A stretch of DNA of 64,000 bases from Kofleriaceae bacterium (GTDB taxonomy: Bacteria; Myxococcota_A; Polyangia; Haliangiales; Haliangiaceae): NCBI GenBank assembly GCA_965215005.1, contig CBDCCZ010000014.1, positions 32,001 to 96,000 on the forward strand, read 5' to 3'. A program made the position numbers and the translations under genes. The notes under the pieces are model-generated. The model had not been told where the DNA came from. It saw only the letters and a program-made list of their open reading frames with translations, and made no database searches. Shown here piece after piece: positions 1 to 9,578 of the stretch. Numbering within the stretch: position 1 is the first letter of the stretch; the number at the start of each line of letters is the position of its first letter.

Positions 1-206
1 CGCATCAGGTGATGGGTCATCGGCCGTTCGACCTCGATACGCTCGAGCTCGGTAGCAATCGCCGAGGCCTCACCGAGCCCCACCGAGATGGCCACGCTGC
101 GGCGTTGTCCTTCGTCGGCCAAGAGCACCATGGGCAGGCCCGTGAATGGATCGACGGTTAGCGAACAGACCGTCATGCGAAAGGTGCCGGCGTTGTCTGC
201 TGCCAC
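1..206 (-). CDS. Bifunctional nuclease family protein (DUF151/DNase-RNase), 3' part outside window
   Basis: Manual translation (not in ORF track): MTVCSLTVDPFTGLPMVLLADEGQRRSVAISVGLGEASAIATELERIEVERPMTHHLM, matching the DUF151 'P.V.L...I.VG..EA.AI...RPMTH.L' pattern. Start is GTG 206 (GAGGGA upstream) or ATG 176. Confidence 0.85.
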   Translation of the reverse strand, partial: MAADNAGTFRMTVCSLTVDPFTGLPMVLLADEGQRRSVAISVGLGEASAIATELERIEVERPMTHHLM

Positions 207-555
207 GACGTCCCTCAACAACTCGCTCGTGCGATGAGCCTTGGCCTCGGGTTCACGCCGACCGTTAAACCATATCTTCGCCGAAGGGCAAGTAGCGAAA
301 TCCACCGGGATCGGCTTACGAGGAATCAGGCGCGCACGACCGAATGATTGGCTAGTAATTGAGACCGGCGGCTCGCTGGCGTTTCGATAGGACGGCGCAA
401 TCGATTCGCTCGCCGCCGCCGCGACGAGCCGCTGCAATGGCTGTCGAGATCGTCACCTCGACAGCGGAACGCTCATCGCACCAATTGCGATTGCCGTCGC
501 GCCGGGGCCGTTGCTCCTGACGCGTCGGGGTCATCTCGCGACGATTTCATTGGAC

Positions 556-1404
556 TCACCGCCCGCGGCGTAGCGACTGCGTCGCGGTCCAAAGCGCAGC
601 ATCGAGGTTGTCGCCGCCGCCCGCACCGGCATGCCGCACCAATCCACGACGATCGATCACCACCAGCAGCGGAACCCCCGTTGCCAAGTAGGATCGAAAA
701 ACGCTGCCGTCGCGATCGCGGCCGATGGCGATGCCGAGCTCGTCCCCGTGCTCGCGCAGATATGCTTGCACCACCGGCGCACTCTCCTGCGAAACAGCGA
801 GCACGACGAGGTCGTCTTTGCGATGCGCCCGCGCAAACGCTGACAGCGGCGCGTGGGTCGCGACGCACGCGTTGCACCACGTGGCCCAGAGCTCGAGCAC
901 CACGACGTTGCCGCGCAGGCCTTCGAGCTCTCCCGAAAGATCACCGCGCAGCATCTGCACGGCAAAATTGGGCGCAGGCTTGCCGAGAAGACGGCGCACT
1001 CGCACCTCGTCTTCCGTGAGCCGGCCCTCGAGGAGCACCTGCAGCACGTTGCGCTGATCGCGTCGCTGCACCTCGACGTCGATCCGATCGCCGACTTGAT
1101 AGCGACTCACGCGCCGAATGAGCGCGCGACTGCTGTCGACCGGCTGGCCGTCAATCGCGACGATGACATCGCCCGCGCGTAGCCCCGCCGCCGCCGCCGG
1201 CGCCGCTTCGATGACATCGATGACGCGAGCGCCCCCAGCGGCATCTTCGATGCGCACGCCGAGCCAGGGAGGAGTTGGCGCAGGGCTCGCTTCGGTCGAG
1301 GCAGGCAGTGCGAGGCAGATCGCAAGGGAAATCAGAGGCACGACGCGGCAAAGGCGAGAAACATGTGGCGTCGCAGCGACCGGAGCGAGCTCGTCCATGA
1401 GCAA
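556..1404 (-). CDS. Secreted PDZ domain + TlpA-like thioredoxin/redoxin protein
   Basis: Signal peptide; PDZ (WLGV..AGLRAGDVIVAIDG); 'GKPAPNF...VVLELWATWCNAC' CxxC thioredoxin fold. Exact start uncertain. Confidence 0.85.
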   Translation of the reverse strand: MLMDELAPVAATPHVSRLCRVVPLISLAICLALPASTEASPAPTPPWLGVRIEDAAGGARVIDVIEAAPAAAAGLRAGDVIVAIDGQPVDSSRALIRRVSRYQVGDRIDVEVQRRDQRNVLQVLLEGRLTEDEVRVRRLLGKPAPNFAVQMLRGDLSGELEGLRGNVVVLELWATWCNACVATHAPLSAFARAHRKDDLVVLAVSQESAPVVQAYLREHGDELGIAIGRDRDGSVFRSYLATGVPLLVVIDRRGLVRHAGAGGGDNLDAALWTATQSLRRGR

Positions 1405-1481
1405 TCAGCGTAGCGCGGAAGCCACTCGCAGCCATGCCGCTCTCGCTACGAGACGTTTTCATGTAGGTAAGAGTAGGTTTT

Positions 1482-1511
1482 TTGACTTCATATCCTTACC
1501 AGGCGTAGGAT
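1482..1511 (+). promoter_or_regulatory. Sigma-70-like promoter, probably giving a leaderless mRNA for the PilZ gene
   Basis: TTGACT-N18-TAGGAT, followed by 8 nt and then ATG 1520. Confidence 0.55.
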
Positions 1512-1519
1512 GCGTGCCG

Positions 1520-1918
<399 letters not shown>

Positions 1919-2039
1919 GCGAGGCGCGCGCGCGGCGTGCGCTGCAAAATCCTGCCGCGAGCGCACAGCAAGGGGCTCCTTGAGGCTGCTATCGTTGCAC
2001 CTTGGCCGTCGCCTCAGCGCGTCTGGCCCGCGAGCCTCT

Positions 2040-3545
2040 ATGATTGAACGAGCATCGATGATCATCGTCTGCGTTGCGCTGGTTGCTAGCGCCGCGGCTG
2101 CCAAGGAGCGCGCCTCCGATGCGCGCGTCACCGCGCTCATCGCTGCCATCGAAGCCGGCGGTGGCGATCGCGCTGCGCTCGCCGCCGAGCTCGCGGAGGT
2201 TGCGCCGCGCGCGGCCGAGCGTATCGCCCAGGCCCTGGAGCGGCCGCGATCGTCGACGGATGAGGAGCGGCGCGCGGTGTTGGCGGCGATTCGTGCCGCG
2301 GTTCCAGACGACAAGGGGCGCTTTCGAACCCCGGCGCGACAGAAGCAAGAGCAGATTCGCGCCGACGACGACTTCGACTGGGTCGGCGCGCTCGCTGCAG
2401 CCGACTCGACGATGCCTGGCTATGGAGAGGTCTACGCTGACATCGCGATCATCCGCGCGTTGGCCGCTAGCGGCGACGTAGCGGCCGGCGTCGCCATGTT
2501 GCAGCTGGCGTTCGACGAGGAAGGGATCATTTATCGCGACGAGGTCGGCCGCTGGCTGCGTAAGATGGCGCCGTACTCGATCCCCGCGCTGATTCGCGGC
2601 TCGGAGTCAAAGCGCGGCTCGATGCGCCGCTACGCCACGTATCAGCTCGAGCGGCTCGATCGCGAGCAACCGTTCAAAGCGCTCGAAGCAGCGGCCGAAG
2701 ACGAGCAGTTGCAAGTCGCCATTCTCGAAGCCTATCGTGAGTCGGGGCACCGCGAGGCGGTGCACGCGGTGCTGGCGTACAGCAATCACAATTCGCCGCT
2801 GGTGCGCAAAGCGGCGCGCCGCGCCTGGATCCACTACGTAGCCGGACCGGCGCCGCCGCCGGCTCCCAAGCGCAAGCTCGAGCTGCCGGGCGGGCGACTA
2901 TCCGATGAAGAGCAGCCGCTATGGCTCACGTATCGCGAGCTGGCGGATATCGAGCTGCATCGGGTCTATGAAGAGACCTTCGGCGAGGCGGCGCCTAAGA
3001 AGGCCGCGCTCGAAGAGCTGTCGAACACGCTGTTCGATCACTACGACCGCGAGCGCGAGAAAGTCCGACAGGACGAGGTCGACGCCGCCTTTGCGCAAGC
3101 CGAGGCAGGCGAGCTCGGCGCGGCCACGGCGGTCTTCGATCGCATTTTGGCTGAAAATCCAGACCATGGTCGTCGCGCCGACATGGCGCCGCATTACCTC
3201 GCCCACGCCAAACAGCTCGAGGACGCGGGCACGTGGCGCGAGGCGTCGGCGGCGTACAGCAAAGCGGCGGGACTGGCCCCGGATGAGTCTCTCGCCGAGA
3301 CGGCGCTGGCGGGACATCACTTCACCCTTGGAATGGCGCTCGAGGCGAGCGGCGCGGATGGCAGCGCCGAGCTGCGCGCGGCCGGAGAAATCGCGCCGGA
3401 GCAACGCAGCCCGGAGGCGATCGCCGAGGCGCGCCGCGAGCTCGACAGCAGCGGGCGGCGGTGGATGCTCTACGCCGGACTCGGCGGCGGTGTGGGCGCG
3501 TTATTCTTACTCGGCCTTGGACTGGCGCTGCGGCGAAGGGCATGA
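2040..3545 (+). CDS. Exported HEAT/TPR-like helical repeat protein with C-terminal membrane anchor
   Basis: N-terminal signal-like segment, Ala-rich helical repeats, C-terminal hydrophobic stretch followed by RRR; stop overlaps the tmk start. Start may be 1980-2058. Confidence 0.65.
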   Translation: MIERASMIIVCVALVASAAAAKERASDARVTALIAAIEAGGGDRAALAAELAEVAPRAAERIAQALERPRSSTDEERRAVLAAIRAAVPDDKGRFRTPARQKQEQIRADDDFDWVGALAAADSTMPGYGEVYADIAIIRALAASGDVAAGVAMLQLAFDEEGIIYRDEVGRWLRKMAPYSIPALIRGSESKRGSMRRYATYQLERLDREQPFKALEAAAEDEQLQVAILEAYRESGHREAVHAVLAYSNHNSPLVRKAARRAWIHYVAGPAPPPAPKRKLELPGGRLSDEEQPLWLTYRELADIELHRVYEETFGEAAPKKAALEELSNTLFDHYDREREKVRQDEVDAAFAQAEAGELGAATAVFDRILAENPDHGRRADMAPHYLAHAKQLEDAGTWREASAAYSKAAGLAPDESLAETALAGHHFTLGMALEASGADGSAELRAAGEIAPEQRSPEAIAEARRELDSSGRRWMLYAGLGGGVGALFLLGLGLALRRRA

Positions 3546-4186
3546 GTCGCGGCGTGCTCATCGTCCTCGAGGGAATCGACGGCGCCGGCACCACCACCCA
3601 AGCCGCGCGGCTCGCCAACGCGTTGACGGAGCGCCACTACCTGGTGCACCTCACCTGCGAGCCGAGCTCTGGGCCGGTGGGCCAGCTGCTTCGCGCGATG
3701 CTCGCAGGCGCGCATGCTCCCGTCGACGCCACCACCATGAGCCTCTTGTTCGCCGCCGATCGCGCCGATCACGTCGCGCGCGAGGTGACTCCGGCGTTGG
3801 CCCGCGGCGCGGTGGTCATCTCCGACCGCTGGTATCATTCCTCGCTTGCGTATCAGGGCGCCGGCGAGAAACGGCAGTGGATTTGGCAGCTCAACCAACG
3901 CGCCCTTCGTCCCGACCTCACGCTGCTCCTGGAGCTTGATCCGCAAACAGCGGCCGAGCGGCGGGCACGAGCGGGCCGCACCGAAGAGCTCTTCGACGCG
4001 CTCGAAACCCAGCGGCAGATCGCCCGCGGCTATCGCGAAACCGTTGCCATGTTGCAAGCGGACGAGCCGATACGCGTCCTCGACGGCGGCGCCAGCGTCG
4101 ATACTGTGCACGGAGAGGTTCTCGAGGCCGTGCTTGCGACGTGCAAGCGACTGGCGAGCAGGCTCATGCAGACGGCACAGGTATGA
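3542..4186 (+). CDS. tmk: Thymidylate (dTMP) kinase
   Basis: IVLEGIDGAGTTTQ P-loop, EP, LLFAADRADH, VISDRWYHSSLAYQG, PDLTLLL. Confidence 0.93.
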   Translation: MSRGVLIVLEGIDGAGTTTQAARLANALTERHYLVHLTCEPSSGPVGQLLRAMLAGAHAPVDATTMSLLFAADRADHVAREVTPALARGAVVISDRWYHSSLAYQGAGEKRQWIWQLNQRALRPDLTLLLELDPQTAAERRARAGRTEELFDALETQRQIARGYRETVAMLQADEPIRVLDGGASVDTVHGEVLEAVLATCKRLASRLMQTAQV

Positions 4187-4698
4187 GCAGCACACGTCAA
4201 TCCGCGCCTCCAGTCGCCGCTGCACGCGGATTGCTGCGCCGACCGGTATTGTGGTTGGCACTTGCGCTCGGTGGAGGGTGCGGCGGGACCCGTGAGCCGC
4301 CGCCCGCTCGCCCTGCCCCGGCGGCTGAGCCAGAGCCGGAGCCGAAGCCAGAGCCAGAGCCTGCGGCCGCCAAGCGAAGCGGCGTGCTCGAACGGCAAGC
4401 AGTCGATGCGGTGCTCGATGCAGGACCCGGCGCGTTCCTGCGCAACGTCGAGGTTTCGGCCGTGCTCGAGGGCGGCGCGTTCGTCGGCTGGCGCATCGTG
4501 CAGTTCCTGCCCGGGGAGCTGCGCTTTGCAGACTACGACCTGCGCCCCGGCGACATTTTGCGAGCGGTCAACGGCAAGCGCATCGTCCGCCCAGACGACC
4601 TGCATAGATTGTGGGAGTCACTGCGCACCGCCGATACGCTGAGCATTCTGCTCGAGCGCGACGGCAGCCCGGTGGAGCTCGAGCTCGTGATTCGCTGA
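4183..4698 (+). CDS. Lipoprotein with PDZ domain resembling the GspC C-terminus
   Basis: Lipobox-like LGGGC, PE-rich linker, 'DLRPGDILRAVNG' PDZ. Confidence 0.7.
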   Translation: MSSTRQSAPPVAAARGLLRRPVLWLALALGGGCGGTREPPPARPAPAAEPEPEPKPEPEPAAAKRSGVLERQAVDAVLDAGPGAFLRNVEVSAVLEGGAFVGWRIVQFLPGELRFADYDLRPGDILRAVNGKRIVRPDDLHRLWESLRTADTLSILLERDGSPVELELVIR

Positions 4699-4708
4699 GC
4701 ATCGCGCC

Positions 4709-5512
4709 ATGAGCGCGGCCAGCGATGGTATCGTTGCGCTCATGATCCCGTACGACGATCTGGTCGCTGCGCTGCACAGCTGGCGTGCTCGTCAAGGGTT
4801 GCCGACCGGCGCCAGCGAGTACCTGGGTGAGCCTGCCCCCGCCGATTTTGCCATCAGCGCGTCCGCCGCCGAGCTCGACTCGAGCGCGGTCGAAGACCTC
4901 GGCGATGATCTCGTCGTCGAAGAAAGTCCGGCTTGGACGACCGAGCCGTACGACGCGCTGGCGGAGGACGACAGCGGTGATGCAGCGGCCTCCTACGGCG
5001 ATTCTGACGGTCCCGAGTTTGCCAACGCCGACGATGAATCCACGATGATCGGCCAGAGCCCGCTCGCACAGCGCGGCGCAACGCCTTCGCCGTGGTCGGG
5101 CGAGGACGAGGTCGAGCAGCCGTCGTCGCGGTGGTTCGACGCCGACGAAGCCGCGGATTCAGAGGCCGCGGTCACGCCCGCCCCGGCGGAGCCGCGGCGG
5201 TGGTTCGACTCAGATGAAGACTCGCCGCCCGCAGAGAGTGCTGCCGGTAGCGAGGAGGACGACGCCATCGATGTCGACGCCGGCGGCTTGGAGATCGAAG
5301 AGGCACCCGCGGCTCGGCAGATGCCACCGATGCCGCCGCCTGGCAGCGCGCGGGCCGGGTCTGCAGCGGAGCTCGCGCCCCCGCCGCTGGCGCCGCCGCC
5401 CGATGACGAGGTCGAGATGCTCGGCGGCTACGCGAGCGACGACTTCGCCGACGAACCCGCCGCCGACGCCACGGTCGTGGGCCAGAGCCCCACGGATCCC
5501 GAGCGCTCCTGA
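4709..5512 (+). CDS. Acidic, Pro-rich, largely disordered hypothetical protein
   Basis: Long ORF with coding-like codon usage; stop overlaps next start (TGATG); short ordered N-terminus IPYDDLVAALHSWRARQGLP. Confidence 0.65.
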   Translation: MSAASDGIVALMIPYDDLVAALHSWRARQGLPTGASEYLGEPAPADFAISASAAELDSSAVEDLGDDLVVEESPAWTTEPYDALAEDDSGDAAASYGDSDGPEFANADDESTMIGQSPLAQRGATPSPWSGEDEVEQPSSRWFDADEAADSEAAVTPAPAEPRRWFDSDEDSPPAESAAGSEEDDAIDVDAGGLEIEEAPAARQMPPMPPPGSARAGSAAELAPPPLAPPPDDEVEMLGGYASDDFADEPAADATVVGQSPTDPERS

Positions 5513-6528
5513 TGCGCGCCTGGCAATCGCACGCAAACGGCGGCGAGTTGGTCGCGGTCGAGGTGGCTGAGCCCGCGCCCGGCCCCACGCAAGTCGTCGT
5601 AGCCGTCGAAGCCGCCGTGGTCGCGGCGCCCGAGCTCGCCGGCCCGCCGCATTTGGTCGCCGGCGGAGCAGGCATTGGTCGCGTCGTCGCCGCGGGCGAA
5701 GCGGCCACCGACCTTCTGGACCGGCGGGTCTTGGTCGGCCCCGAGCAGCCCTGCGGCGAGTGCGATCTGTGCCGTCGCGGCGGCGCTGTGCTGTGCCGCA
5801 GCGCCCTGCTGCTCGGGCGCAACGCCAACGGAACGCTCGCCGAGCGCGTGGTGGCGAGCGCCCGATGGGTGTGCCCACTCGATGGCGACTTGCAGCTGCC
5901 CGACGCCGAAGCGGCGGTGCTCGCGCGTGAGGCCGCGTGGGCTTACGCCATGTTGGCCTCGGCGAGCGTGGCGCCAGGCGAGCCGGTGATTATCGTTGGC
6001 GACTCGGTGGTGACGCGGCTATTGGCCGCACTGGCAGAGCATCGCGGCACCCGGCCCATCGTCGGCGTGCGGCGCGGTGCTGCCGAGCTAGCCGCCGAGA
6101 TCGGCGAGCGCGGCCGGGTCATCGAGCTCGATGGTGACGTGGCCTCGGCACGCGAGCTGGCCGCGCGTGCCGCCGCCGAGCTTGGCCACGGTGAGCGGCC
6201 CGCAAAGATCTTCGAAACCAGTGCTGATTCAAAGATGAGAGCGCTGGCGCTGGCGCTGGCGGGACCACGCGCGCACCTCACGCTGCTCGCAGCTGACGCC
6301 ATCGGCGCCGCTCCGGCTGCTTTCGACCTCGGAGAGGCGATCGAGCGTGAGGTGTCGGTCGTCGGTTTTCGCGGCGCGCATCCCGACCTATTGCCGGAGC
6401 TGGCGGCGCTGGTCGTCAAGGGCGAGCTAGAGGTGCAGCGCTTCGCAACCGTGCATCCCGACGTCGCCGCCGCCGCCGCCGCCGAAGAGGCTCTACCGCG
6501 CGCGGCCGTGGCGCTCATCGGTCGTTGA
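5512..6528 (+). CDS. Zinc-binding alcohol dehydrogenase (MDR)-like protein with degenerate active site
   Basis: Structural-Zn CGECDLC..C motif, 'NGTLAE' and overall MDR layout; no catalytic Cys/GHE motif and no GxGxxG. Confidence 0.75.
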   Translation: MRAWQSHANGGELVAVEVAEPAPGPTQVVVAVEAAVVAAPELAGPPHLVAGGAGIGRVVAAGEAATDLLDRRVLVGPEQPCGECDLCRRGGAVLCRSALLLGRNANGTLAERVVASARWVCPLDGDLQLPDAEAAVLAREAAWAYAMLASASVAPGEPVIIVGDSVVTRLLAALAEHRGTRPIVGVRRGAAELAAEIGERGRVIELDGDVASARELAARAAAELGHGERPAKIFETSADSKMRALALALAGPRAHLTLLAADAIGAAPAAFDLGEAIEREVSVVGFRGAHPDLLPELAALVVKGELEVQRFATVHPDVAAAAAAEEALPRAAVALIGR

Positions 6529-6568
6529 CCGGCGCCGGACCGCTGCCCGACACTGCTCACCGCTCGCG

Positions 6569-7498
6569 ATGTTCGAGGGATTTACAGCGCGCGACTTCGA
6601 GGCGTTCGCCGCGCGCAAGTGGCGCTCCAACGCCTTCAATCGCGAGCGCCTCGAGGTCAACGAGAAACTGGCGGCCCTTGGTCGCCTCCTCATCCCGCAG
6701 CTTCAGAATGCGAGCGCGCCCTTGGCTGCCGACGTCGCGCCCGAGCATCCATGCCTCGCCAATCACCACCAAGCGCGCCGCGGTGAGCTGTTTTTCACCC
6801 GCAACGCCGCCGCCCGCGTCGAGCTCGACAAGCTCATGGATCGCCGGCGAGGGCTCGCGGCCGTTCTCGACGGTCCCTCCCCGCTGCGCTCGCACCTCGC
6901 GCTGGTCATCGCGGTTTCCGAGTCCGGCGTCTGCGTTGCCCTCTCGCTGCCCTCCGAAGCGGTGATCGATCGGCAAAATCTCGCCGGCATCTGCGCCGAG
7001 CCCGAGCGCCAACGCATCCTCCTGGCGCTGCTCCACGCACTCCCCGCCATGGAGCTCGGCGGCGATACGTGCGTTTCGACGCGTGACGTCGATGCTTCCG
7101 AGCTTGCCGCAGGCCTTTCGTGGCTGGCCAGCGACGCCAGCCGCACGCTCACCGTCGGTGGGATGCGCGAGCGGCAGTCAGCGACGGCGATGGGCGCAGA
7201 GCTGGCCGTCGCGCTGGCCGCCGACCTCGAGGCGCTCTTACCCTGCTACCGGCACCTCTGCTGGACCCGAGACAATGACTACTGTCAGCTCACGGAGCAG
7301 CTGCCAGGCGTCCTGCCGAGGCCGCCGCAGCGTCAGCTGGCGCGGCGCGACAACGTACGCATCACCGGCGGCATGTTCGCCGGCCGTACCGGCGTCGTCG
7401 AAAGCATCGACGGCAAAGGGACGGTGCGGGTCGTCCTTGGCAGCATCCCGCTGGTGCTGCCGGTCGAACATCTGCAAAAGATTGACTCGAGTGGCTGA
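6569..7498 (+). CDS. DUF1054/YktB-like N-terminus fused to a C-terminal NusG-type KOW motif
   Basis: N-term MFEGFTARDFEAF; C-term DNVRITGGMFAGRTGVVESID KOW. Confidence 0.65.
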   Translation: MFEGFTARDFEAFAARKWRSNAFNRERLEVNEKLAALGRLLIPQLQNASAPLAADVAPEHPCLANHHQARRGELFFTRNAAARVELDKLMDRRRGLAAVLDGPSPLRSHLALVIAVSESGVCVALSLPSEAVIDRQNLAGICAEPERQRILLALLHALPAMELGGDTCVSTRDVDASELAAGLSWLASDASRTLTVGGMRERQSATAMGAELAVALAADLEALLPCYRHLCWTRDNDYCQLTEQLPGVLPRPPQRQLARRDNVRITGGMFAGRTGVVESIDGKGTVRVVLGSIPLVLPVEHLQKIDSSG

Positions 7499-7633
7499 AG
7501 ACGGTGCGGGCCAGGCTCGGAGATCGAGGCCCGCACGGCAGCGCGGTGATGGGCCGACCTCGCAGGGAGGGGCTCTAAAGTGGGCACGGCGGGGGCGGGA
7601 GACCCGTCGCCCTGCGACAGGACGAAGGGACGG

Positions 7634-9466
7634 TTACGGGGCGACCTCGGCGGGGGCGAGCTCTTCAGTGGGCGCGTCAGTGGCGGGAGACTCATCGCCC
7701 TGCGAGACGGAAAAGGTGATGACCGCGACGACGACCAGCACACCTAGCACGATGAGCGCGAGGATCTTGCCTCTTCCACTCTTGAGCTCACCGACCAGCT
7801 CATCTTCACTGACGCTACCGCTCGCGGGGTCTTTGTAGGCGGGCATCATCTGCGTAGATCCGGTGCGCAGGCTGAACTTGGCTTGGTCGCCGTGGGTGAT
7901 GGATCCGTCGTCCCGGTAGCGATCGTCCATCGGCAACGAGTCCGCGCGATCCGCATTGTCGGCGCCGGTCCGAGCGCGCTCGATGGCCGCCGCCTCCGCC
8001 GCTTCGGCATCCAGCTCGCCTTTTTTGAACCACATTGTCTCGCGGAACTTGCTCTTGGCGCGTCCCGCGGGCGGCGCTGCCGCCGGCTGCTTGACCTTGC
8101 CCTTCCCACCAGCCGGCGCGGCTTGCGGCGGCATCGGCTGCGGCGCGACTTGCGGCGCCATCGGCTGCGGCGCGACTTGCGGCGGCATCGGCTGCGGCGG
8201 CGCGGCTTGCGGCGCCATCGGCTGCGGTGCGGCTTGCGGCGGCATCGGCTGCGGCGGCATCGGCTGCGGCGCGGCTTGCGGCGCCATCGGCTGCGGCGCG
8301 GCAGAGGCCGGAGCTCCTTCAGATTGGCCGCCGCTCAGGAACGCCCCGGCCGCTGTTTGTGAATGCGAGCCGGGCTCGGGGGGGCTGCCCGCGGCGCGCG
8401 GTGGTTGCCGTTGCGGCTCAATCGGCGCCCGGGCGGGCGGCAAGAACGGCTCCTCCGCAGGCGCAGCACCGGCTCCAGCTGCGCCAGATACGGCGGCAGC
8501 GGGCACCTCAGAAGGAGCATCGGCAGAATCGCGGTCGGGCTTGCGCGGATCGGGCATCGCAGCCATCCCTAGCATGGTCTTGGCAAAGCTCGAGGGCTGT
8601 CGTTTCTCTGCCATGTTTTCACCAGCGCCTTCGGCCACGCGCCCCATCGGCTGAGTTAAGGACGGGCTATCGTCGGTGCCGCAGACCCGCTGCACCTCGG
8701 CAACGAACTGCCGAAACGTCATGAATCGGCGAGTGGCATTCTTTTCCAGCGCCTTGAGCACGACCGCGTCTAGCTCGGCTGGCACCGGCGCATGCTGCGA
8801 CGGCGGCACCACCTCCGCGCCTTGGTGCGCCGCCAGCACCGCCTCGACGTCGCCGGCAAATGGCGCCTGACCAGCGAGGAGGTAATAGAGAATGGCCCCC
8901 AAGCTATAAATGTTGGTCCGCTGATCGACCGGCTTGCCTTCAATCATCTCCGGCGCCACGAACCCGGGCACCCCCGCCACCGTCTCGGTCACCGGCGCCG
9001 CGATCCCAAAGTTGATCAGCTTGATGGCGCCGCTCGGGTCGACAAGCACATTTTTGGGCGCCAAATCGCGGTGGATGACACCCACGCGCGCAGCCTCGGC
9101 AAGCGCCTCGCCGATGGCGGCGATGAACGCCGCGGCCCGCGCTGGCGCCATCGGCCCTCCCTCGATGATCAAGGTATCGAGGGAGCGAACGCCGTCGAGC
9201 CGCTCGAGCGCCAGCCACAACTGTTCGCCTTGACGACCAAACGCGAGCACCCGCGCAATCGACGAGCTCTGTAGTCGCGCCAGTTGCTTGAGCTCACGCT
9301 CCGTGCGCTGCAGCGCGAGGGCGGTGGGAAACACCGACTCGTAAACCAGCTTGACGACGCATGGGGCGCCGGTTTGGGTGTCAAGCGCATGCATCACGTC
9401 GCCGGTCGTCCCGCCGCCGATACGTTCGCCCACCTGGAAGCGGCCCCCAACGGGTTCAGCTGCCAC
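7634..9466 (-). CDS. Ser/Thr protein kinase-like protein (probable pseudokinase) with Pro/Gln repeat linker and C-terminal TM helix
   Basis: IGGGTTGDV, VVK, HRDLAPKN, INFG, APE, TNIYSLG; TM ILALIVLGVLVVVAVITF. Confidence 0.9.
   Translation of the reverse strand: MAAEPVGGRFQVGERIGGGTTGDVMHALDTQTGAPCVVKLVYESVFPTALALQRTERELKQLARLQSSSIARVLAFGRQGEQLWLALERLDGVRSLDTLIIEGGPMAPARAAAFIAAIGEALAEAARVGVIHRDLAPKNVLVDPSGAIKLINFGIAAPVTETVAGVPGFVAPEMIEGKPVDQRTNIYSLGAILYYLLAGQAPFAGDVEAVLAAHQGAEVVPPSQHAPVPAELDAVVLKALEKNATRRFMTFRQFVAEVQRVCGTDDSPSLTQPMGRVAEGAGENMAEKRQPSSFAKTMLGMAAMPDPRKPDRDSADAPSEVPAAAVSGAAGAGAAPAEEPFLPPARAPIEPQRQPPRAAGSPPEPGSHSQTAAGAFLSGGQSEGAPASAAPQPMAPQAAPQPMPPQPMPPQAAPQPMAPQAAPPQPMPPQVAPQPMAPQVAPQPMPPQAAPAGGKGKVKQPAAAPPAGRAKSKFRETMWFKKGELDAEAAEAAAIERARTGADNADRADSLPMDDRYRDDGSITHGDQAKFSLRTGSTQMMPAYKDPASGSVSEDELVGELKSGRGKILALIVLGVLVVVAVITFSVSQGDESPATDAPTEELAPAEVAP
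8114..8300. repeat. Intragenic tandem repeat encoding (A/V)APQPM(A/P)PQ units
   Basis: Repeated ggc(g/gcc)catcggctgcggcgcg(a/g)cttgc units, in frame within the kinase. Confidence 0.9.
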
Positions 9467-9578
9467 GTCTTACCTCGTGCTTGTGATGAAAACCGCCACG
9501 GACCCGAACTGGAGCCGTAATTACGCGAATCGTATTAGAAAACCGCACTGCATTCAACTCGCGCCGGACACAAGTAGC

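Noticed and set aside
283..320. GGGCAAG..GAAA segment reminiscent of a c-di-GMP-I riboswitch
   Set aside because: Lacks the GACGCAAA junction and P2/P3 pairing, and is on the wrong strand for the adjacent gene
440..465. 9-bp inverted repeat GCTGTCGAG-N8-CTCGACAGC
   Set aside because: Single short GC-rich hairpin without U-tract or second copy; function cannot be supported
4320..4365. GAGCC(A/G) hexamer repeats
   Set aside because: Ordinary Pro-Glu linker coding sequence
8114..8300. Regular repeats that could suggest a CRISPR array
   Set aside because: No unique spacers, units are multiples of 3 and in frame in the kinase, and there are no cas genes
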